64,000 nucleotides of DNA from a bacterium (GTDB taxonomy: Archaea > Nanobdellota > Nanobdellia > Pacearchaeales > GW2011-AR1), in assembly GCA_036787775.1 (NCBI GenBank), contig DAIQOR010000003.1:9466-73465 (forward strand), written 5' to 3'. The notes beneath the pieces are model-generated. The model had not been told where the DNA came from. It did no database searches and saw nothing but the letters and a program-made list of their open reading frames with translations. Each line of letters opens with the position of its first letter. Position 1 is the first letter of the stretch. Position numbers and translations under genes: made by a program. Shown here piece by piece: positions 1 to 7,783 of this stretch.

Positions 1-17
1 TTTTATATTGTTTCTAT

Positions 18-101
18 GCGGGAATGCCGGAGTGGTCAAACGGGACAGGCTTAGGACCTGTTAGCTTAGTGCTTACTTAGGTTCGAATCCTAATTCTCGC
101 A
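18..101 (+). tRNA. tRNA-Leu (anticodon TAG), class II with long variable arm
   Basis: Cloverleaf read by eye: acceptor gcgggaa/ttctcgc (one G-U), anticodon stem acagg/cctgt with loop cttagga, 15-nt variable arm, T-arm ttagg-ttcgaat-cctaa, discriminator A; 84 nt. Confidence 0.8.
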
Positions 102-111
102 TTTTTTAGAA

Positions 112-1044
112 TTATTTGTTTTTCTTTGCCTTAGCTTTCTTTTCTTTTTCTTTTATCTTTTCTTCTAAATCTAATTTTTCTATTAATTCTTTGTATCGAT
201 TTCTAATTGTAACTTCAGTGATTCCTGCGATGTCCGCAACTTCTCTTTGGGTTTTCTTTTCGTCGTTCATTAAAGCAGCGACGTAAAGTGCGGCTGCCGC
301 GATTCCTGCTGGACCTCGCCCCGAAGTTAATTCAACTTTTTCAGCGTCTCTCAAAACTTTCAAAGCGTCGTTCTGAGTTTTTGGAGAAAGTTTCAAAACT
401 GATGAAAATCTTGAGATGTAATTTTTAGGTGAGCTTTGTTTTACTTTTATTCCAAGTTTTCTTATGATGAATCTGTAGGTTCTTCCGATTTCTTTTCGCT
501 CAACGTCCGACGCTGTTGCCATTTCATCTAAAGTTCTTGGAATGTTGTATGAACGGCAGGCAGTGTAAAGGCAAGCTGCGATTACAGATTCCATGCTTCG
601 TCCTCGAACTAATCCTCTTTGTAAAACGTAATTGTAAATTCTCGAAGCTTCGTCTTTTACCACATTTGGTAAATTTAAATAAGAAGCGATAACTCTTAAT
701 TCAGCCATGGCCAATCTTAAATTTCTTTCAATTGAAGTTGATACTCTTTCTTGCCATTTTTTTAATCTTAAGAATTTTCGAGTTTGTTTTGGTTCTAATC
801 TGTAGATATCTGTGATTTCACCGACGTTGGTTGTTAATCCTTTGTCGAATTTTTGCATTGAGATTGGCGCTCCGCCTCGACCTTTTTTGTCGCTTTTGTC
901 GAATTTTCCTTGCATGTCAATTCCGGTGTCGACCATTTTTTCTTCAACAACAAGTCCGCAATCGTTGCAAATTACCTCTCCAAGATAAGAATCATATGTT
1001 AAATTTGTGCTATCACATTCGGGGCATTTTTTTATATTACTCAT
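112..1044 (-). CDS. tfb: transcription initiation factor IIB (TFB)
   Basis: N-terminal Zn-ribbon CPECDS...CNDCG, two cyclin-like repeats, C-terminal K/E tail; 310 aa. Confidence 0.9.
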   Translation of the reverse strand: MSNIKKCPECDSTNLTYDSYLGEVICNDCGLVVEEKMVDTGIDMQGKFDKSDKKGRGGAPISMQKFDKGLTTNVGEITDIYRLEPKQTRKFLRLKKWQERVSTSIERNLRLAMAELRVIASYLNLPNVVKDEASRIYNYVLQRGLVRGRSMESVIAACLYTACRSYNIPRTLDEMATASDVERKEIGRTYRFIIRKLGIKVKQSSPKNYISRFSSVLKLSPKTQNDALKVLRDAEKVELTSGRGPAGIAAAALYVAALMNDEKKTQREVADIAGITEVTIRNRYKELIEKLDLEEKIKEKEKKAKAKKNK

Positions 1045-1135
1045 TTTTAAAATTAGAGGGGTTTATAGTAAGGTTTATAAAGCGTTTCCTTTTATAAACC
1101 TTCCGATTTGCGTAATGATGTTTTAGAAGTAAAAG

Positions 1136-1504
1136 TTATTTAATTAAAATTCCGTTTACGCTTCCTTCTTGAGTTGGTCTGTTTGTGATTTTAACTTTTC
1201 CTAATTCTGTTTCAACGATTGTTCCTTTTGTTAAAATATTTTGTCTTGCTAAGAATCTGTTTGAAGGTGTTTCAAGAACGTTTTTTATTTGCACTTTTTT
1301 TGATTTTTTGTTGTCAGTCATAACATTAATCACATTTGATTTTAATAAAACTGTTTTTTCGTTTCCTCCTCGGATTCTTTCAGTTTTTCTTTTTTCCTCT
1401 CCGAGTTTCACTGTTCTTTTCTGTCCAGTAACTTCATATTTTTTCTTTTTTCTTCTCATGATGTATTTTCCACCAGAGATTTTTTTTCCTTTTCGCAAAC
1501 TCAT
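1136..1504 (-). CDS. rps8e: 30S ribosomal protein S8e
   Basis: Motifs GGKYIMRRKKKKYE, RKTERIRGGNEKTVLLK, KGTIVETELGKVKITNRP match S8e; 122 aa. Confidence 0.85.
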   Translation of the reverse strand: MSLRKGKKISGGKYIMRRKKKKYEVTGQKRTVKLGEEKRKTERIRGGNEKTVLLKSNVINVMTDNKKSKKVQIKNVLETPSNRFLARQNILTKGTIVETELGKVKITNRPTQEGSVNGILIK

Positions 1505-1582
1505 AGTAATTCAATTTTTATTTCGTTTAAATATCTTTCTGTGTGACGAAATGTTTATAAAACGGCGCGGTCATTATTTGTT

Positions 1583-1831
1583 ATGGCTAATGGAATAGAG
1601 AGACCTTTGGATTTGTTGAACAATTCTAAAGGTACTGAAGTGTTAGTGCATTTGAAGGGCGACAAGCAGTTCGTTGGGACTTTGTTGGCTTTCGATATCC
1701 ACATTAATTTGGTGATGGATAATACGAAAGAAATGCAGAATGGTGAGGTCAAACGAAATGTTGGCTTGACTTTTTTGCGAGGAGATACGATAATTTTTAT
1801 CTCTCCTGCTTCATCTGTACTTAAGAAATAA
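1583..1831 (+). CDS. Sm-like (LSm/SmAP) RNA-binding protein
   Basis: PLDLLNNSKG..VLVHLKGDKQFVGTLLAFDIHINLVMDN is a typical Sm1/Sm2 fold signature; 82 aa. Confidence 0.8.
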   Translation: MANGIERPLDLLNNSKGTEVLVHLKGDKQFVGTLLAFDIHINLVMDNTKEMQNGEVKRNVGLTFLRGDTIIFISPASSVLKK

Positions 1832-1930
1832 GCGTTTTACCTGTTGATTTTCGCTGGGTAGAATTCTGGTGTGTTATGGTTAGTGATAACTTTGAGTTAA
1901 TTATATAAAGATTTTTTTCTTATTTATTTT

Positions 1931-2842
1931 ATGGGAGAGAAAATTAAAATAACTTTTTTGGGAACTTCGGGGGCGATTCCTTCGATTGAGAGAAATCACA
2001 CGGCGGTTTTGCTTAGTTATAAAAGTGAAAATATTTTGGTTGATTGTGGTGAGGGCACGCAGAGGCAGTTCAAGTATGCTAAACTTAGTCCGAACAAAGT
2101 GACGAAACTTTTGATTACGCATTGGCACGGGGATCACGTTTTGGGAATTCCTGGATTTTTGCAGACGCTGGCGTTTAGTGATTATAAAAAAACTTTAGAA
2201 GTTTATGGGCCGGTCGGGACAAAAAAATTTATGGAATGTATGTTGAAAACTTTTGCTTTTTCTGGAGAAGTTAAAATGAAAATAATTGAATTAAGTAAAG
2301 AAGGAAAGTTTTTTGATTCGGGGGATTTTTATTTGGAGGCGAAGAAGTTGACGCACGGGGTTAGTTGTTTCGCGTATAATTTTGTTGAGAAAGGAAAATT
2401 GAAAATTGACAAGGATAAATTGAAAAAGTCTGGGTTGCCGGGCGGGCCGTTGATGAAAAAGTTGAAAGAAGGGAAAGATGTTTCGTGGAAAGGGAAGAAG
2501 TTTAAGTTTAAGGATTTGACTTATGGCGACGTTGAAAAAAAAGTTTCGATTATTTTGGATACGGCTTATGATAAAAAAATTGCGAAGTTTGTCGACGGGG
2601 CGGATTTGTTAATTAGCGAGGCGAGTTTTGATTCTTCATTTAAAACTAAAGCGAAAGAATATAATCACATGACTTCGGAGCAGGCGGCGGAAATTGCTAA
2701 AGCGGGGAAAGTTAAGAAATTAATTTTAATGCATTTGAGTCAGAGATATGGAAAGGCGACGAAAAAACTTTTGGATGAGGCGAAGAAAATTTTTAGTAAA
2801 AGTTCTTTGGCTGAAGATTTGGATATTGTAGAATTGAATTGA
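1931..2842 (+). CDS. rnz: ribonuclease Z (tRNA 3' endonuclease), MBL fold
   Basis: FLGTSGAIP, HxHGDH (ITHWHGDH) metallo-beta-lactamase motifs; 303 aa. Confidence 0.8.
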   Translation: MGEKIKITFLGTSGAIPSIERNHTAVLLSYKSENILVDCGEGTQRQFKYAKLSPNKVTKLLITHWHGDHVLGIPGFLQTLAFSDYKKTLEVYGPVGTKKFMECMLKTFAFSGEVKMKIIELSKEGKFFDSGDFYLEAKKLTHGVSCFAYNFVEKGKLKIDKDKLKKSGLPGGPLMKKLKEGKDVSWKGKKFKFKDLTYGDVEKKVSIILDTAYDKKIAKFVDGADLLISEASFDSSFKTKAKEYNHMTSEQAAEIAKAGKVKKLILMHLSQRYGKATKKLLDEAKKIFSKSSLAEDLDIVELN

Positions 2843-2882
2843 GTTCGGAAATGTTTTTATATGTTCTAATGTTCAAGTTATA

Positions 2883-4730
2883 ATGAGAACAATAATATTT
2901 TTAGTTTTTGGAATATTTATTTTAATTAGTTTGAATTTTGTCTTTGGTGCGAGTATTGAAGATGTTGGAAGTGTTGTTGATATGGATAAGGCGGAATTGC
3001 AAGGAGAGGGAGTTGATTATTCTATTCTTAACGAGGCTGAGACGAGAGAAAATGGTGCGGTGGTTTCGATTAAGATTGTTGATGAAGATGGAAGTTTTTG
3101 TGTTAGAGGAAATTGTTATGAAAATATTGATAAAAGTAAAACAAATTATTTTGATTTAGATGCTGAGGGAAATATTGTGAGTGCGAGTTTTGTGACAACT
3201 GGCGAAGGGAATTATACTCTTGGAGAAGATGAATATTTTTTGCCTAAGGGGACGAGTGTTGAATTTAGGGAAGGGAAGGCTGTTTTGAGTGGGGATGGTG
3301 ATTTTAAGATAAGAAAAGATGGATGCAAAGACCAATCAATATCATTTATAGAAAGGTTTCGGGAAGGAGATTTAATTATAGAGAATATGAAAGGTTGTGA
3401 AAGAAGACTTAAATCACGACAGATTATTTTTTTAATTAATAATGATTCATATTATTGTGGTTTTTGTGATGTTACCTTGGACGAATATGGAAGATTGCAA
3501 AAAATTGAAAAGGGAACTAGATTAGTTGGGGGCCCCCCTAAATTTTATAATTTTCGTCATGAATCTGTTAATCAAAACACCAATTTTTATTATAATTCAA
3601 ATTTTAATCCTGAAGAACATGAAAATGAAAATTATATAAATATTGATGGGAATAAATGGAGTATCGGCGGAGAAAATTTAAAGGTTGATTTTGGACCAAC
3701 ATCTAGTTTATTTTTAGGCATTGATGAGTCCTTTACTTTTTTTGAATTGACTGCTTCTGGGAAAACTAATATCTATGTTGATAATGGGAAGATTCGCGTG
3801 GACTCCTTTGGATATTCTGATTTAGAAACAGAAAATTTAAATGTTTTTACGTCTAATAATGGAAAAATCTTTAAGAAAATAATGAGTAATACCTATAATG
3901 AAGTTGGAGAAGATGTCTCTAAAGCAGATATGTTGATTACAACTTTTAATGAACATGAAAATATTGTTTCAACCATGAATGTCGATAAAGAAGGAAGTAT
4001 TTTTTCTGAAGAGGGGGATTTTTCTTTGTATTCTTCTCCGGCAACAGATACTATTGTGTCTCCTGATGAAAGATTGAATAAGTTTGAAGATAGAGATAAG
4101 GCAAGAGAGCAATTGAGGAATGAGGGGATAACTGATGAAAGGAGACAAGCTTATCTTCCAGAGGTGAGCGAATTTCTTTATAAACATATTAATGCCATTT
4201 GCGATTATGAAAATTATAATCTTGGGTTTGTAAATAATTTGGTTGGGGCTTTTGAAAATAATGAGGATCATTGTATTTCTTTTTGGGAAAGAAAAATCGC
4301 TAAAGGGGGGAGTTATGTTCCAGAAGATTTGTTACGAGCTTATATGGGATTGCCTCAAAAATATGGATCTCTTGGAGTTTCAGATTATCAACCTTCTATA
4401 AGTACCGAAAACAAATATTATTATAAGGTGAATAATTTTATTTCTGGGGAAAATATTAATTTTCTTTTAGAACGAATAAGTTTGGGGGAGGGTGATGAGA
4501 TAATTGAAAGAAAAAGCGGAGATTCAATTGTTTTTGGAGGAACTTTGGGAAAATATACTTTATCTCGGGGGAAAGATTCTTGTGGTTTTTATATTTCATA
4601 TTATGATATTTGGGATTTAGAACCGAATCTGTTGGAGGGTTTTGTTGGCAAGCCGTTTGAATTGTATGACCGAGTTTATTATGAACCTCTTACGTATGAA
4701 ATAATTGAAAATCCTTGTGGGAATGAATAG
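2883..4730 (+). CDS. large secreted protein, paralog 1 (signal peptide, unknown family)
   Basis: N-terminal signal peptide MRTIIFLVFGIFILISLNFVFGA; shares N- and C-terminal modules with 5509..7335; 615 aa. Confidence 0.6.
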   Translation: MRTIIFLVFGIFILISLNFVFGASIEDVGSVVDMDKAELQGEGVDYSILNEAETRENGAVVSIKIVDEDGSFCVRGNCYENIDKSKTNYFDLDAEGNIVSASFVTTGEGNYTLGEDEYFLPKGTSVEFREGKAVLSGDGDFKIRKDGCKDQSISFIERFREGDLIIENMKGCERRLKSRQIIFLINNDSYYCGFCDVTLDEYGRLQKIEKGTRLVGGPPKFYNFRHESVNQNTNFYYNSNFNPEEHENENYINIDGNKWSIGGENLKVDFGPTSSLFLGIDESFTFFELTASGKTNIYVDNGKIRVDSFGYSDLETENLNVFTSNNGKIFKKIMSNTYNEVGEDVSKADMLITTFNEHENIVSTMNVDKEGSIFSEEGDFSLYSSPATDTIVSPDERLNKFEDRDKAREQLRNEGITDERRQAYLPEVSEFLYKHINAICDYENYNLGFVNNLVGAFENNEDHCISFWERKIAKGGSYVPEDLLRAYMGLPQKYGSLGVSDYQPSISTENKYYYKVNNFISGENINFLLERISLGEGDEIIERKSGDSIVFGGTLGKYTLSRGKDSCGFYISYYDIWDLEPNLLEGFVGKPFELYDRVYYEPLTYEIIENPCGNE

Positions 4731-4777
4731 TTTAATTCTTAGAAAAGGTTTTTATATAAGAATTTGTTTAGTTAGTT

Positions 4778-5497
4778 ATGAAAAAAAGAGGACAGGTTAC
4801 TATTTTTATAATTGTGGCAATTGTGATAATTGTTGCGGGGGCGATAATTTTTTTTGTAAATCAAAAATCTAATTCTGCAATTAATTTGCAAGGTGATGAA
4901 GTTGGTTTGAGGGTTGAAAGTTGTTTGGAGAACTCTTTGGCTTTGGCGATTGTTTCTAATTCTCTTCAGGGAGGATATTTTGATTCCGAAGAATCTGGTT
5001 ATTATTTTGAGGATGGGAAATCTAATGTTCCTTCAAAAGAGGATTTGGAAAATAATTTATTGCTGGGCGTCGAGGGTATTTTCGGAAGTTGTTTGAATTT
5101 TTCTGATTTGCCTGGTGAGGTGAAATATGATTTGGAGAGAGCTATTTTTAAAATTGAAGGTGAAAATAATCTTATTAAAATTAATTTAAGATTGCCTATT
5201 ACTTTGAAGATGGATGATTCTTCTTTGGTGGTTGATGAGTTTAGTTCAGAGATTGAGACGGATTATTTTAATTTTTATAATGTTGCGGTTGAACTAACTC
5301 AGGAGCAGGAAAAACATGTTGATGAAATTTGTTTGAGTTGTGCGACGGATATTGCTGGACGAGAAAGAGTTTCAATTGTTTCTTTAGAAGGACAGAAAGA
5401 GGGAAATGATATTTTGATTTATACAATTTCAAAAGATAGAGAGGATGTTTTTAATCCATTGTTTATCTTTAAGCATAAATTTAAATTAGTGGAATAG
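4778..5497 (+). CDS. archaeal type IV pilin-like protein (class III signal peptide)
   Basis: MKKRGQ followed by a ~20-aa hydrophobic stretch VTIFIIVAIVIIVAGAIIFF, resembling a prepilin peptidase KG/Q cleavage site; 239 aa. Confidence 0.55.
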   Translation: MKKRGQVTIFIIVAIVIIVAGAIIFFVNQKSNSAINLQGDEVGLRVESCLENSLALAIVSNSLQGGYFDSEESGYYFEDGKSNVPSKEDLENNLLLGVEGIFGSCLNFSDLPGEVKYDLERAIFKIEGENNLIKINLRLPITLKMDDSSLVVDEFSSEIETDYFNFYNVAVELTQEQEKHVDEICLSCATDIAGRERVSIVSLEGQKEGNDILIYTISKDREDVFNPLFIFKHKFKLVE

Positions 5498-5508
5498 TTA
5501 ATAGGATT

Positions 5509-7335
5509 ATGAAATTTAGAGGATTATTTTTGTTTTTGTTTATTTTAATTAGTTTGAATTTTGTCTTTGGTGTGAGTATTGAAGATGTTGAAAGTTTGAT
5601 TGATCAGGAAAAAGCACAATTGCAAGGTCAAGGTATTGAATATATTATTTTTAACGAGGCTGAGACGAGAGAAAATGGTGCGGTGGTTTCGATTAAGATT
5701 GTTGATGAAGATGGAAGTTTTTGTGTTAGAGGAAATTGTTATGAAAATATTGATAAAAGTAAAACAAATTATTTTGATTTAGATGCTGAGGGAAATATTG
5801 TGAGTGCGAGTTTTGTGACAACTGGCGAAGGGAATTATACTCTTGGAGAAGATGAATATTTTTTGCCTAAGGGGACGAGTGTTGAATTTAGGGGAGGGAA
5901 GGTTGTTTTTGTTGGGAACGGAGATGTGGTAATAAACACAAAAGAAAATAAAAAATTTAATTTATTGTTGAATCCTGGTGTAAATGTTGAGGTGGAATTT
6001 TTGGAAAGGGGGAAAATGGTTTTTAGTGGAAGAGTGTTTACAATTAATGGATATTCTGGTGGTTCTTTGTCTTCAGAAGAACAAATTTCTATAATTTTTG
6101 ACAATCTTGGAAGAGTGTTGAGAGTTGAAGGAAAAGGTTTTATGCTTGGAGATGTAAGGGATTTTTCTTTAAATAATAAAGATTATTTGAATTTTTATTA
6201 TGGAGCAGATTTTAATATTTCAGCTCATAAAGATGAAAATTATTTTTATGAGGATTTGACAAGTGGGGTTTTGTATGCTGGAGGAGATTATTATTTGACT
6301 GAGCATTATGTTACCCGTTCGGGATTTAAGAGTATTTTTAGTTTAGTCCCGAATGGAAATGTTGAGATATCTAAGGGGAGGGGGTTAGCGAGAGTTTTAT
6401 GTGAGGGTTCTACAATTATTAATTCTGGTTATTTTAACACCTTGAGGATTTCTGAGGATGGGAAAATTTTTAAGAGATTTAATAGGGGATCTTTTTTTGG
6501 GAAATCTGAAGAAGAAATAAATCAAGAGGAGATTGATTTAGAGGTTGTAGTTAAATCTGGGGATGAATCTTCAAATTTAAACTATGATGGAACAAATAAT
6601 GTTTATTCTTCTGAGGGAGAGGATTTTTCTTTGTATTCTCTTCCAGCAAGAGACACTATTGAAGCGTCTGATGAGAGATTGAATAAATTTGAGGATAGAG
6701 AACGTGATAAACAATATTTTTTGGAACATGGAATAACTCCTGAATTAGAAAGAGGGTATGTTCCTAAAGTTAGTGAATGGTGGCAAGAAAATTTTAATCC
6801 TGCAGGAGATTATGTCTATGATTTAGCTACGCAGGATCCTATACAATTTATTAGAAATTTTAATGATAGGTTTAAAAGGGGGGCTACAGCATTTACTCAG
6901 GGAACTTCAACAGGAAGAGAAGATGCTTGGAGATTGTATTTGGGGATGCCCCAACAAGATAATACTTTTTCAATTTCAAAATATCAACCTTCGATAAGCT
7001 CGGAAAATAGATATTATTATAAAATAAATGAGTTTAGTGAGTTTGAAAATGTTCAACAAGTTTTATATAGAATCTCTCAAGGTGGAAAATCCAGAATTAA
7101 TGTAGACTCAGTTGTGATTCCAGATATGGGGGGGGCAGAGGGAGGAGTTGGTTTAAGAGACTATACACTTTCAAAAGGAAAAGATTCTTGTGGTTTTTAT
7201 ATTTCATATTATGATAAATGGGATCTGACTCCGAATAAGTTGGAAGGTTTTTTCGGAACACCTTTGGAAATTTATGATAGAATTTATTATGATCCAATTA
7301 CTTATGAGAAAATTGAAAATCCTTGCGGAAACTGA
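5509..7335 (+). CDS. large secreted protein, paralog 2
   Basis: Signal peptide; 243 nt (5651..5893) 100% identical to 3028..3270; C-terminal KDSCGFYISYYD..YDR.YY.P.TYE.IENPCGN shared with paralog 1; 608 aa. Confidence 0.6.
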   Translation: MKFRGLFLFLFILISLNFVFGVSIEDVESLIDQEKAQLQGQGIEYIIFNEAETRENGAVVSIKIVDEDGSFCVRGNCYENIDKSKTNYFDLDAEGNIVSASFVTTGEGNYTLGEDEYFLPKGTSVEFRGGKVVFVGNGDVVINTKENKKFNLLLNPGVNVEVEFLERGKMVFSGRVFTINGYSGGSLSSEEQISIIFDNLGRVLRVEGKGFMLGDVRDFSLNNKDYLNFYYGADFNISAHKDENYFYEDLTSGVLYAGGDYYLTEHYVTRSGFKSIFSLVPNGNVEISKGRGLARVLCEGSTIINSGYFNTLRISEDGKIFKRFNRGSFFGKSEEEINQEEIDLEVVVKSGDESSNLNYDGTNNVYSSEGEDFSLYSLPARDTIEASDERLNKFEDRERDKQYFLEHGITPELERGYVPKVSEWWQENFNPAGDYVYDLATQDPIQFIRNFNDRFKRGATAFTQGTSTGREDAWRLYLGMPQQDNTFSISKYQPSISSENRYYYKINEFSEFENVQQVLYRISQGGKSRINVDSVVIPDMGGAEGGVGLRDYTLSKGKDSCGFYISYYDKWDLTPNKLEGFFGTPLEIYDRIYYDPITYEKIENPCGN

Positions 7336-7481
7336 TTAATTTTTTTGTTTTATCGTCGGGAAATTTATTTTTTCGTATTAATAACCTTAGTGCACAAACC
7401 GCAGGTGGCCTGAAAGAAATTAGTTGGAAAAAATAGGGAAATAGAAAGATTTTAAATAAGATTATTTCTTGGTTTAATTAT

Positions 7482-7556
7482 GCCTCGGTAGCTCAGCCTG
7501 GATAGAGCACTAGCCTTCTAAGCTAGGGGTCGCAGGTTCAAATCCTGTTCGGGGCA
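7482..7556 (+). tRNA. tRNA-Arg (anticodon TCT)
   Basis: Acceptor gcctcgg/tcggggc (two G-U), anticodon stem ctagc/gctag with loop cttctaa, T-arm gcagg-ttcaaat-cctgt; 75 nt. Confidence 0.75.
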
Positions 7557-7558
7557 TT

Positions 7559-7631
7559 GCGCGGGTGGCACAGCGGCTACTGCGCTTCCCTGCAGAGGAA
7601 GTTTCCGTGGGTTCGAGTCCCACCCCGCGCT
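7559..7631 (+). tRNA. tRNA-Cys (anticodon GCA)
   Basis: Acceptor gcgcggg/cccgcgc perfect, anticodon stem cttcc/ggaag with loop ctgcaga, T-arm gtggg-ttcgagt-cccac; lies 2 nt after tRNA-Arg. Confidence 0.7.
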
Positions 7632-7652
7632 TAATTTACGAGAACCCGGTTC

Positions 7653-7749
7653 GACGAGCAACTCTGAAATTTCGAATAAATGAGCAACGAAAATAAAAAG
7701 CGAATTTAAAGAATATTTCACGGGTTGGGAGCACCATCCCCGCGCTTAA
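7653..7749 (+). repeat. tRNA-associated element fragment (second-half module) plus degenerate direct repeat of the tRNA-Cys 3' end
   Basis: 7653..7734 is ~80% identical to the reverse complement of 54318..54399; 7738..7749 ccccgcgcttaa repeats 7623..7634; the preceding ~20 nt mimic the Cys T-arm. Confidence 0.7.
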
Positions 7750-7783
7750 AAAATTTTAAATAGTTCTTTTTGTAGAGAATAAT

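Noticed and set aside
1185-1598. ORFs antisense to S8e (1185..1598) and to TFB (831..1097)
   Set aside because: Hydrophobic poly-F/L translations typical of antisense frames of AT-rich genes.
2938-3159. Identical 60-73-aa alternative-frame ORFs at 2938..3159 and 5600..5782
   Set aside because: These are artefacts of the 243-nt identical block inside the two secreted-protein genes, not independent genes.
7518-7721. 67-aa minus-strand ORF spanning the tRNA-Arg and tRNA-Cys genes
   Set aside because: It is the antisense translation of two convincing tRNAs and has no RBS or motif.
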